A program made the position numbers and the translations under genes. Shown here piece after piece: positions 1 through 8,656 of a stretch of DNA of 56,712 bases (positions within the stretch are counted from its first letter, which is position 1; each line of letters opens with the position of its first letter). The notes under the pieces were generated by a model that worked only from the letters and a program-made list of their open reading frames with translations, searched no databases and was not told where the DNA came from. This DNA is from an uncultured Candidatus Saccharibacteria bacterium (lineage in GTDB: Bacteria > Patescibacteriota > Minisyncoccia > Minisyncoccales > CAZKCU01). The DNA lies in NCBI GenBank assembly GCA_964431915.1, contig CAYSLI010000002.1, positions 89,503 to 146,214 on the forward strand, in the 5' to 3' direction.

Positions 1-180
1 AATCTACGATTACCTGCTGGTCCTGTAATACCAGCAATTATACCTGTTATTCCCAAAGTTATTCAGGTACCAGTTGTCCTTCAGGAACATATTCAAGTCA
101 GTCTTCCTGTCAGAACAACTGCCGGCAATCTACGATTACCTGCTGGTCCTGTAATACCAGCAATTATACCTGTTATTCCC
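1..180 (+). repeat. Coding tandem repeat, 126-bp period
   Basis: Bases 1-54 are identical to 127-180; weaker similarity continues (CCTTCAGGAACATA(T/C)TCAAG). Confidence 0.95.
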
Positions 181-893
181 ATGCCTATTCTGGCTATTAC
201 TGCCCTTCAGGAACATACTCAAGCCGTTCCTCCTGCGAGGATGACTGCGAAGAGCCGTCTTATTCTATATTAAATGTTTCAAAAACTGTCCGAAATATTA
301 CTGATAATACTACTTTTCGGAATTCAGTATCAGCTGATCCTTTAGACAGATTAGAATTTAAGATAAAAGTTAGCTCTACTGGAAGCACCAAAGCTCGAAG
401 TGTAATAGTAAAAGACACTTTGCCCTGGCAGATAACATATCAGAATAAATTAAAGATTAACGGAGTGTCTTCTTCCGGCAAGATTTTGACAGGATTAAAT
501 TTAGGAACAGTATATCCTGGTCAATCAAAAACAATTACTTTTGAAGCTAAAGTTACCTCGGCAGATAAGTTTATTTATGGAATAACTACTTTAACAAATA
601 CAGCAATAGCTTATAATGCAGATACTGAAGATACCGATACAGCCAAAGTTGTTGTTACTAGAAAAGCTGTAGCCGGGGCTGTTACCGAGGTAAAAACAGG
701 TATTGTTAGTCAGGCCTTAGATTATGTTCTGTTTCCTTTGGTAATGACTTTTATAATAATCTTGGTTTTCAAAAATTATCTCATCTTTTTAAATGAATGG
801 TTAGAGAAAGGAAAAAGTAGAATGATTGAGCATCGATCGAATAGAAGCTTAAGAAGAATTATTTCTCGCATTAAAAGCAGAGAGAGATTTTAG
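3..893 (+). CDS. 5'-partial surface/secreted protein: Cys-rich 42-aa tandem repeats, DUF11-like domain and C-terminal membrane anchor
   Basis: Frame of the 420..893 ORF is open back to base 3 (STITCWSCNTSNYTCYSQ...SILNVSKTVRN...VIVKDTLPWQITY...). The VxKT...VKDTLP pattern is DUF11-like; hydrophobic helix YVLFPLVMTFIIILVF is followed by a basic tail. Confidence 0.8.
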   Translation, partial: STITCWSCNTSNYTCYSQSYSGTSCPSGTYSSQSSCQNNCRQSTITCWSCNTSNYTCYSHAYSGYYCPSGTYSSRSSCEDDCEEPSYSILNVSKTVRNITDNTTFRNSVSADPLDRLEFKIKVSSTGSTKARSVIVKDTLPWQITYQNKLKINGVSSSGKILTGLNLGTVYPGQSKTITFEAKVTSADKFIYGITTLTNTAIAYNADTEDTDTAKVVVTRKAVAGAVTEVKTGIVSQALDYVLFPLVMTFIIILVFKNYLIFLNEWLEKGKSRMIEHRSNRSLRRIISRIKSRERF

Positions 894-928
894 AAGAAAA
901 AGTTTTGAAAGGTTTAAGAGATTAGAAA

Positions 929-960
929 ACTTAAAATCGCCTTATAAGGCGATTTTAAGT
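929..960. terminator. Perfect 32-bp palindrome, intrinsic terminator (AAAATCGCC/GGCGATTTT family)
   Basis: ACTTAAAATCGCCTTATAAGGCGATTTTAAGT is its own reverse complement and is followed by a T-rich tract. Confidence 0.85.
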
Positions 961-986
961 TTTCTTTCTCTTGTTTCCTTGACAAC

Positions 987-1134
987 TGTGGATAATCTGT
1001 GGAAAGAAATGTTTTTTTATCTTATTTTTAAGGTATTTTAATTCAGGTTGACTTGGGACTATGAAGTGGAATATAGTAAAGGTGAAAGGACGAATTGTGG
1101 ATAAGAGTGGGATAAAGACCTAAATCTGTGGATA
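987..1134 (-). promoter_or_regulatory. Three perfect DnaA boxes upstream of mraZ, overlapping GTGG(A/G) MraZ-box-like repeats
   Basis: TGTGGATAA (reverse complement of TTATCCACA) at 987-995, 1095-1103 and 1126-1134; degenerate copy at 998-1006; GTGGA/GTGGG 10 bp apart at 1096 and 1106. Confidence 0.7.
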
Positions 1135-1170
1135 ACTTTAATTATTAAAAAAAGCTTTTAATGAATTAGC

Positions 1171-1602
1171 ATGTTCATAGGAGAATATAGACATACCATT
1201 GATATTAAAAAAAGACTGGCTCTTCCTGCCAAATTCCGAAAGGAACTGGGCAAGAATATAATAATTACCCGTGGCTTGGACAATTGTTTAGTTGTTTATC
1301 CTTCAAAAGAATGGAAGACGATGTCTGATAAGTTAGGGAAGTTGCCAGCCAGTCAGCTTGAGGCTCGAGGTTTTGCTAGAATTATGTTGGCCGGAGCTAT
1401 GGCAGTAGAACTCGATAGGTTGGGCCGAATTCTTATTCCAGAGTATTTAAAAATTTATGCTAATTTAAAAAAGAATGTAGTAATTTGCGGTCTTTATAAT
1501 CGATTGGAAATTTGGGATGGTCAAAACTGGGAAATCTATAAGAAAAAGGTGGAAAAAGAAGTAGGTGATTTCGCAGCTAAATTGGGAGAGCTCGGAATCT
1601 AA
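1171..1602 (+). CDS. mraZ: Division/cell wall cluster transcriptional repressor MraZ
   Basis: MFIGEYRHTID.K.RL.LPAKFR and ELDRLGRILIP motifs; first gene of the dcw cluster. Confidence 0.97.
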   Translation: MFIGEYRHTIDIKKRLALPAKFRKELGKNIIITRGLDNCLVVYPSKEWKTMSDKLGKLPASQLEARGFARIMLAGAMAVELDRLGRILIPEYLKIYANLKKNVVICGLYNRLEIWDGQNWEIYKKKVEKEVGDFAAKLGELGI

Positions 1603-1608
1603 AATGAT

Positions 1609-2493
1609 ATGGGGCGGAATATTCATATTCCCGTATTGCAAAAAGAAGTGCTCAAATATCTTGATCCTAAACCTAATCAGAATTTTATTGATTGTACAAT
1701 TGGTGAAGCCGGCCATACTTTAGCAATTTTAGAAAAAAACAGACCGAAGGGAAAAGTTTTAGGAATTGAATGGGACATTGAACTCTATAAAAACTTATCG
1801 AAATCGGATATCAATAGATTAGTCTTGGCTAATGATAATTTTGTCAATTTAAAAGAGATTGTTGAAAGAGAGAAATTTAGGCCGATTAAAGGAATTCTAT
1901 TTGACTTAGGAATGTCAAGCTGGCATTTAGAAGAGTCGGGCAGAGGATTCAGTTTTTTGAGAAAAGAACCTCTAGATATGAGATACAATTCTCAGAATCC
2001 TTTAACGGCAGAAAAAATAGTGAATTATTGGTTAGAATCAGAGATAGAAAAAATTCTAAGAGAATACGGGGAAGAGCGTTTTTCCGGGAAAATTGCCAAG
2101 GAAATTATTAAGGAGAGAAAAGCAAAGCCGATCAAAAATACATCTCAGTTGATAGAATTTTTAAAAAGAGCAATTCCTTTCAGATATCAGCATCAGAAAA
2201 TCTATTTTGCCACCCGAACTTTTCAGGCTTTGAGAATTACTGTTAACGATGAACTAAATAATTTAAAGAAAGTTTTACCTCAGGCCTTAGAAATTTTGAT
2301 GCCAGGTGGTTCTTTAGTAATAATCTCTTTCCATTCTTTAGAAGACAGAATCGTCAAAAATTTCTTAAGAAACCGAGCTAAAGAAGGATTGCTTAAAATT
2401 TTAACCAAAAAACCAATCAGACCAAAAGAAGAAGAAATTAAAATTAATCCTCGCTCAAGGTCGGCAAAGTTAAGAGCAATATTAAAAATATAG
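1609..2493 (+). CDS. rsmH: 16S rRNA m4C1402 methyltransferase RsmH
   Basis: HIPVL, DLGMSS, PLDMR, ISFHSLEDRIVK and NPRSRSAKLR motifs. Confidence 0.97.
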   Translation: MGRNIHIPVLQKEVLKYLDPKPNQNFIDCTIGEAGHTLAILEKNRPKGKVLGIEWDIELYKNLSKSDINRLVLANDNFVNLKEIVEREKFRPIKGILFDLGMSSWHLEESGRGFSFLRKEPLDMRYNSQNPLTAEKIVNYWLESEIEKILREYGEERFSGKIAKEIIKERKAKPIKNTSQLIEFLKRAIPFRYQHQKIYFATRTFQALRITVNDELNNLKKVLPQALEILMPGGSLVIISFHSLEDRIVKNFLRNRAKEGLLKILTKKPIRPKEEEIKINPRSRSAKLRAILKI

Positions 2494-2498
2494 ATACA

Positions 2499-2846
2499 AT
2501 GAACAGTTATTCTTTAACTCAGCCTATTTCACAAAGGTTAGTAGTTTTACCAAAATTTCCAAAAATTGGTTTAAAAACTTTTTGGATTTTGAGTTTCATT
2601 TCAATAACATCGCTTTTAATATTTTATATTTTTCAGGTAAATAGCATGATTGGGGAAACTTACCTGATTCAAAACTATCAAGGAAAAATAAAGGAGCTGT
2701 CTCAGGAAAATAAAACCCTGGAGATTAATTTTTCTCAGGCAAATTCCTTATCTATTATTGAAAGTTTAGTAAAAAATCTAAATTTTGAAAAAGTAGAAAG
2801 AATTCATTATATTCAGGTTTTGGAAAGCCAGGTTGTTGCAAAGTAG
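2499..2846 (+). CDS. FtsL-like bitopic division protein
   Basis: Single TM helix then coiled coil; syntenic between rsmH and ftsI. Confidence 0.65.
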   Translation: MNSYSLTQPISQRLVVLPKFPKIGLKTFWILSFISITSLLIFYIFQVNSMIGETYLIQNYQGKIKELSQENKTLEINFSQANSLSIIESLVKNLNFEKVERIHYIQVLESQVVAK

Positions 2847-2886
2847 ATAAAGGTAATTTTTTAAAAAAACTTAATCTTTTTGTTTA

Positions 2887-4599
2887 ATGAAAAGGGGGAG
2901 GATAAATCTAATTTTAATTTTAATAACATTATTTGGAGTAGCTATTATAGGAAGGCTTTTTTTTATCCAGATACTTAATTATGAATATTGGAAGGCTTTG
3001 GCTCAGGGTCAGCAAAAATTTTTTGCCCAAGTCCAAGGAGATAGGGGAGAAATTTTTTTACAGAATAAAGAAGGAAATTTATACACCTTAGCCTCAAATA
3101 AAAATTGGGAATTGGTTTATATTTCTCCAGAAGAAATTACTACTAAAGGACAAGATTCAATAGAAACAGCTAAAGCCCTGAGCCAGATACTGAATTTAGA
3201 TGAAGACTTAATTTTAGAAAAAATTAAAAAATCAGATAGTCTCTATGAATTAATAAAAAATAAATTGACTCAGGAAGAAATAGACCTTTTAAAAAAATTA
3301 AATTTACCAGGAGTTTATTTGGGGTCGGAAACATTAAGATATTATCCACAAGAAAATCTGGCCGCTCATGTAAGTGGATTTTTAGGAGGAGATAATATTG
3401 GGCAATACGGAGTAGAAGGATATTATAACGATCTTCTCAAAGGGTCAGAAGGATTCCAAGAAGGAGAAAAAGGAGCTCAGGGGTATTTAGTCAAGATGAC
3501 CTCAGACGTTGTTAAAAGAGGCTCTGACCTTGTTTTAACTCTTGATTACAATATCCAATTTGTGGCTGAAAAGTTGTTGAGAGAGGCTAAAGAAAATTTA
3601 GGTATTGAGGAGGGTCAAATTATAGTCGGAGACCCTAATTCGGGAAGGATTTTGGCTATGGCTAATTTTCCAGAATTTAATCCCAATGAGTATTGGAAAG
3701 AAGCAAATTTAGAAATTTTTAAAAATCCGATAAATCAAAATCTTTTTGAACCGGGTTCCGTGTTTAAACCCATTACCATGGCTGCAGCTTTGGACCAGGG
3801 AATAATAACTCCTCAGACTACATATGTTGACCCCGGCGTAATCGAAATCGGAGGTTGGCCTATTTATAATTATGACCAAAGGGTTTATCCGGGCAAGATA
3901 ACTATGACCGAGGTTTTGGAAAAATCAATTAATACCGGGGCAGTCTTTGCCGAGAGACAAATTAGCCACCAGAGTTTTTTAGATTACATTGAGAAATTCG
4001 GGTTTTTCGAGCCAACCGGAATTGATTTAGAGGGAGAAGCTTTCTCTAGGAATTCTAATTTAAAAAAAGGATATGAAGTAAATTTCGCTACAGCTTCTTT
4101 CGGACAAGGGATTGAAATGACCCCTATCCAGTTATTCAGAGCAATCTGTGCTATTGCTAATGGGGGAAAATTAATTAAACCTTATGTATTAGAAAATCCC
4201 ATTCTTAATTCAGACGATGTAGAGGAAAGTGATATAGAGGAAAGACAGGTAATTTCGCAAAAAACAGCCACTCAATTAGCATCAATGTTGGTTTCAGTGG
4301 TAGAGAATGGTTTTGCCAAGCGAGCTAAGATTCCCGGCTATTATGTTGCTGGTAAGACCGGGACTGCTCAGATTCCCTGGTCAGCTTTAGGAATTGATAA
4401 ATCGGGTTATTCTGAGAAAACTATCCAGACTTTTATCGGATTTGCCCCGGTTTTTAGTCCTCGATTTTTAATTTTAGTGAAATTAAATAATCCAAAGGCC
4501 AGGACAGCTGAATATTCGGCTACCCCAATATTTCGAGAACTTGCTAAATATATTATAGATTACTATCAGATTCCTCCAGATTATTATGAAGAACAATAA
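2887..4599 (+). CDS. ftsI: Class B penicillin-binding protein (FtsI/PBP2 family)
   Basis: N-terminal TM, RG.I, R.YP, G..GVE, FEPGSVFK (SxxK), KSIN (SxN) and GKTGTAQ. Confidence 0.9.
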   Translation: MKRGRINLILILITLFGVAIIGRLFFIQILNYEYWKALAQGQQKFFAQVQGDRGEIFLQNKEGNLYTLASNKNWELVYISPEEITTKGQDSIETAKALSQILNLDEDLILEKIKKSDSLYELIKNKLTQEEIDLLKKLNLPGVYLGSETLRYYPQENLAAHVSGFLGGDNIGQYGVEGYYNDLLKGSEGFQEGEKGAQGYLVKMTSDVVKRGSDLVLTLDYNIQFVAEKLLREAKENLGIEEGQIIVGDPNSGRILAMANFPEFNPNEYWKEANLEIFKNPINQNLFEPGSVFKPITMAAALDQGIITPQTTYVDPGVIEIGGWPIYNYDQRVYPGKITMTEVLEKSINTGAVFAERQISHQSFLDYIEKFGFFEPTGIDLEGEAFSRNSNLKKGYEVNFATASFGQGIEMTPIQLFRAICAIANGGKLIKPYVLENPILNSDDVEESDIEERQVISQKTATQLASMLVSVVENGFAKRAKIPGYYVAGKTGTAQIPWSALGIDKSGYSEKTIQTFIGFAPVFSPRFLILVKLNNPKARTAEYSATPIFRELAKYIIDYYQIPPDYYEEQ

Positions 4600-4601
4600 T
4601 T

Positions 4602-5297
4602 ATGAATTTTTTATCTAAATTCATCTTCTATTTAAAAAAGCCCAAAATTATAATTATTACCGGACAGGGGAGAGCTTGTACCGCCGAGGCTGTCTTTCAG
4701 GTTTTAAGACAGAATTTCAGTGTTGGGAGATTGAGAAATTTTTCAGGTTTATTGAACCTCGGGCAAATTTTAAGTAAAGAAATTCTGATTTTTGAGCCAG
4801 AGATGAAGAAAGCAAAAATTTTTAATTTCTTGATTAAAAAATCCTCGCTGCCGATTTTACTTGTGACTCATATTGGCGATATTCCTTCTGATACCGCATC
4901 TACCCCTTCCCCTTCAGGGGAAGGGGTCCCTAAGAACAGAGAAATCAAAAAATTGGCAAGAATTTTACCTTCCCAGAGTTATTTAATTTTAAATTTTGAT
5001 GACGAGACAGTCAGAAAAATCAAAGACGAGGCTAATTGCAACGAATTAAGTTTTGGCTTTCAAGAAAGAGCTGATTTTAGAGCCTCAGATATAAGGTTAA
5101 ACAATGGAACGAATTTTAAAATAAACTACAAGGGAAATATTGTTCCAATTTGGCTGGAGAAACTTTTTGGCAAAGAGCAAATTTACGCCAGTCTATCTGC
5201 TGTAAGTATAGGGGTAATATTCGATTTAAATTTGGTTGAAATTTCCCAGTTATTAAAAAATTATCAGGGAATTGCTGGCGAAAGGGACGATACTTGA
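4602..5297 (+). CDS. Degenerate Mur ligase (MurF-like) central domain only
   Basis: LILNFDD...SFGF...ADFRASDI...GKEQIYASLSAVSIG resembles the Mur ligase middle domain; P-loop degenerate (ITGQGRACT); ends before the C-terminal domain. Confidence 0.7.
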   Translation: MNFLSKFIFYLKKPKIIIITGQGRACTAEAVFQVLRQNFSVGRLRNFSGLLNLGQILSKEILIFEPEMKKAKIFNFLIKKSSLPILLVTHIGDIPSDTASTPSPSGEGVPKNREIKKLARILPSQSYLILNFDDETVRKIKDEANCNELSFGFQERADFRASDIRLNNGTNFKINYKGNIVPIWLEKLFGKEQIYASLSAVSIGVIFDLNLVEISQLLKNYQGIAGERDDT

Positions 5298-5393
5298 AAA
5301 TATTTTTTAATCTGATATAATTAATAAAGCAGAGAAAGGAGGTAAATAGTTATTTTTAGTTCTTTTATAAAAAATATAGAAAGGAAAAAAATT

Positions 5394-5636
5394 ATGCCAC
5401 TATGTCCATTTTGTACTGATGAGAATGGAAGAAGAGTTAAACTTAAAGTCTTAAAGAGGAATAAATATAAAAAAAATAATGGAGAGGTGAGTTCTGGAAT
5501 CTTGTATTTATGCCCGGTTTGCCTAGATGAATACCATGTTAAGAGAAGAAGCAACGGCAGGAAAAGAACCACTTACCTTCCTAAAGGTGAAAAAGGAAGG
5601 GGGAAGTTGATTGATCATCATTTGATAGAAGCATAG
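5394..5636 (+). CDS. Small basic zinc-ribbon protein (CxxC...CxxC)
   Basis: CPFC and CPVC pairs; followed by a terminator. Confidence 0.6.
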   Translation: MPLCPFCTDENGRRVKLKVLKRNKYKKNNGEVSSGILYLCPVCLDEYHVKRRSNGRKRTTYLPKGEKGRGKLIDHHLIEA

Positions 5637-5681
5637 AAGCTGACAGGAGTTGAATTGAAAGAAATAAATTTTATTAGTATT

Positions 5682-5707
5682 AAGCCGTCATTCGTGGCGG
5701 CTTTTTA
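5682..5707 (+). terminator. Intrinsic terminator
   Basis: AAGCCGTCA-TTCG-TGGCGGCTT followed by a T run. Confidence 0.75.
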
Positions 5708-5958
5708 TTTAAAATTAATAGAGTTTACAAAGTTTAGAATCTGTGATAGATTTGATAATCGTTCTTACTATTATTTAAATAAGGAGGTGATGATTCAGAA
5801 GGAGGCAAAAGATGACAAAAAAAGAAAAAGATAACAAAGCTAATGCGAAGAGGTTTAAAACATGTACCGGGTAGTTTGCGGGACGGTTTTCCTCGAGAAA
5901 TCGTTCAAAAAATGGAAGAGAGGATAGAGACAATATTAACCAACAGCCTCACTTCTCT

Positions 5959-6034
5959 GGCCTCATCGTCTAGCGGTTTAGGACGCAGGGTTCTCATCCC
6001 TGTAACTCGGGTTCAAATCCCGATGAGGCCACCA
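5959..6034 (+). tRNA. tRNA-Glu(CTC)
   Basis: GGCCTCA/TGAGGCC acceptor stem; CAGGG-TT-CTC-AT-CCCTG anticodon arm; GGTTCAAATCC T arm; encoded CCA. Confidence 0.97.
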
Positions 6035-6082
6035 ATTTTTGAGAGACTTCTAATTAGTCTCTTTTTTGGATATAATAAGTTA

Positions 6083-8656
6083 ATGGGAAAAATCTCTTGG
6101 CATAATCTTACCTGGAAAGAAGTAACAAAATTATTATATTCTGACTCTAAAAAGGGCTTATCTGAAAAAGAAGCAAAATCGCGACAAAGAAAATCAGGCA
6201 AAAACTTACTTCCAGAAGAGAAGCCTTTATCTCGATTAAGAGTATTTTTAGAGCAATTTAGAAGCCCTCTAATTTATATTTTAGCGATAGCGGGAGTTAT
6301 TACTTTGTTTTTGAGAGATTATACTGACGCCATTGTTATTTTTGGCGCTGTTTTTTTAAATACAATTGTTGGGTTTTTTCAGGAAAACAAAGCATCTCAG
6401 GCTTTAAGTGAGTTAAAAAAAGCGGTTAAACATACAGCTGAAGTCTTGAGAGAAGGAAATTTAAAAATTGTTGATTCAGAAGAATTGGTTCCTGGCGATA
6501 TTATTATTTTGAATCCAGGAGATAAAGTCCCAGCTGATGGCAGAATCATTGAATGCCATGATTTAAAAATTAATGAAATGGCTTTGACAGGGGAGTGGTT
6601 ATCAGCAAAAAAATTGTCAGAGGTTTTGCCAAAAGAGAAACCTTTAGCTGATAGAGATAATATGGTCTATATGGGTTGTGTAGTTGAAGATGGAACGGGA
6701 AAAGCGATAGTTTCTGAAGTAGGAGTTCAAACTGAAATTGGAAAAGTAGCTAAAATAATTAAGGAGACTAGAGAAGAAAAAACTCCCTATCAAAAAAAAT
6801 TAGCCAATTTTTCTAGAATTGTCGGGATTATCATCGCTTTTATTTGTTTTTTTATTTTTGTTTTAGGAATGGCAGCCGGGAAAGAGTTTGTGGAAATGTT
6901 TACGACGGCAGTAGCCGTGGCGGTAGCTGCTATCCCTGAGGGATTACCAGTAGCAATGACAGTGATTTTGGCTCTCGGAATGCAAAGGATATTAAGAAAG
7001 AAGGGATTGGTAAGAAAATTAGCTTCAGCAGAGACTTTGGGGAGTACTTCGGTGATTTGTAGCGATAAGACCGCCACCTTAACCGAGGGAAAAATGAAAG
7101 TAAGCGATATAATAGGTGATAAATTTCTAACTCTAAAAGCGGCTACTTTAACTTCAGCAGCTTTCATCGAAAACCCTGCAGAGCCAAAGGAAAAATGGAT
7201 TTTCAGAGGGAGGCCAACTGATAAGGCTTTACTTGAAGCTGGTTTTGCTATTGGAATTAACCCAAAAAAAGAATTCAAAAAAAAGAAAATAGCTGAAGTT
7301 CCCTTTAATCCAATAAATAAATTTGCCGCCACTTTATATGAGGAAAATGAGGGAAGTTTTTTGTATGTTTGTGGAGCTCCAGAGAAAATTTTAGACCTTT
7401 CAAACTTAGAAAAGGAAGATAAGGAAAATTTAGAAAAAAAATTAGAACAACTAGCTCAAAAAGGACTAAGAGTCGTTGCCTCAGCTTCCCGAAAAGTTGC
7501 AGAGGTCCGACCTCTGCAACTTGAGGAATTGTGTAAGGATTTAACCTTCCTTGGTTTCATCACCTTAAAGGACCCGGTTAGAAAAGAAGTAAAAGAAGCA
7601 ATGAAAGTTTGTAGGCAGGCAGGAATGAGTCCAATTATTATTACAGGTGACCATAAATTGACGGCAAAATCTGTAGCTGAGGAGTTGGGTTTTAAAGTAA
7701 AAGAAGGAAATATTATGGAAGGGAAAGAGCTTGATCAACTTTCAGATGAAGAGTTTCTAAAAAAAGTAAAAGACATTCAAATTTATGCCAGGGTTGAGCC
7801 AAAACATAAGCTTCGTATTATTGAAGCCTGGCAAGGAAAAGGAAGAGTGGTGGCAATGACCGGCGATGGAATTAATGACGCTCCGGCGCTCAAAAAAGCC
7901 GACATTGGAGTAGCTTTGGGTTCTGGAACCGAAGTGGCAAAAGAAACTTCAGACTTGATCTTATTAAATGATAGTTTTTCTATTATTGTGGCGGCAGTTG
8001 AAGAAGGGAGGGCAATTATTGATAATATTAGAAAGGTTATTACTTATTTATTATCTGATAGTTTTACCGAAATAATTTTAATTGGAATAAGTCTCTTTTT
8101 AGGCTGGCCTCTTCCAGTTTTAGCTACTCAAATTTTGTGGGTGAATCTTATTGAAGATGGGCCCCTCGGCCTCTGTTTGGCTTTTGAACCAAAAGAAAAA
8201 GACCTAATGAAGCAGAAACCCCGAGGCCATGATGTTCCTCTTTTAACCCGGGAGATGAAGGCCTTAATTTTTATTATCGGATTAGTGACTGACCTTTTAC
8301 TTTTAGGGCTCCTTTTCTGGCTAATAAAATATTCTGGTTATGAAATCTCTCATATTAGATCAATAATCTTTGTCGGACTTACCGTTGATTCGGTTTTTTA
8401 TGTTTTCTCTTGTAAAAGTTTAAGAAAGAATCTCTGGCAGATAAATCCTTTCGCCAATAAATTTTTAGTTTTTGCCTGGATTTTCGGTATTATAATGCTG
8501 ATATCTTCTCTTTATTTTTCTCCATTACAAACACTTTTAAAAACAGTTCCCCTAAATCTTTTTGACTGGCAACTAATTTTAGGCTTAGGATTAATAAATA
8601 TAATTTTAATTGAAGTTACCAAATGGCATTTTATTACTAAAAAAGAATATGTTTAA
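6083..8656 (+). CDS. P-type cation-transporting ATPase (type II, Ca2+-like)
   Basis: LTGE, IPEGLP, DKTAT phosphorylation motif, TGD and MTGDGINDAPALKKAD. Start moved to ATG 6083, downstream of tRNA-Glu and 6 nt after TATAAT. Confidence 0.93.
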   Translation: MGKISWHNLTWKEVTKLLYSDSKKGLSEKEAKSRQRKSGKNLLPEEKPLSRLRVFLEQFRSPLIYILAIAGVITLFLRDYTDAIVIFGAVFLNTIVGFFQENKASQALSELKKAVKHTAEVLREGNLKIVDSEELVPGDIIILNPGDKVPADGRIIECHDLKINEMALTGEWLSAKKLSEVLPKEKPLADRDNMVYMGCVVEDGTGKAIVSEVGVQTEIGKVAKIIKETREEKTPYQKKLANFSRIVGIIIAFICFFIFVLGMAAGKEFVEMFTTAVAVAVAAIPEGLPVAMTVILALGMQRILRKKGLVRKLASAETLGSTSVICSDKTATLTEGKMKVSDIIGDKFLTLKAATLTSAAFIENPAEPKEKWIFRGRPTDKALLEAGFAIGINPKKEFKKKKIAEVPFNPINKFAATLYEENEGSFLYVCGAPEKILDLSNLEKEDKENLEKKLEQLAQKGLRVVASASRKVAEVRPLQLEELCKDLTFLGFITLKDPVRKEVKEAMKVCRQAGMSPIIITGDHKLTAKSVAEELGFKVKEGNIMEGKELDQLSDEEFLKKVKDIQIYARVEPKHKLRIIEAWQGKGRVVAMTGDGINDAPALKKADIGVALGSGTEVAKETSDLILLNDSFSIIVAAVEEGRAIIDNIRKVITYLLSDSFTEIILIGISLFLGWPLPVLATQILWVNLIEDGPLGLCLAFEPKEKDLMKQKPRGHDVPLLTREMKALIFIIGLVTDLLLLGLLFWLIKYSGYEISHIRSIIFVGLTVDSVFYVFSCKSLRKNLWQINPFANKFLVFAWIFGIIMLISSLYFSPLQTLLKTVPLNLFDWQLILGLGLINIILIEVTKWHFITKKEYV

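Noticed and set aside
5785-5958. Two AAGGAGG motifs and short ORFs upstream of tRNA-Glu
   Set aside because: All frames are short or run into the tRNA; no product could be supported.
5843-6082. 80-aa N-terminal extension of the P-type ATPase in the ORF track
   Set aside because: It runs through tRNA-Glu; a promoter and ATG at 6083 give a normal N-terminus.
7063-7080. DKTAT instead of DKTGT in the P-type ATPase
   Set aside because: The phosphorylated Asp and all other motifs are intact; treated as a minor variant.
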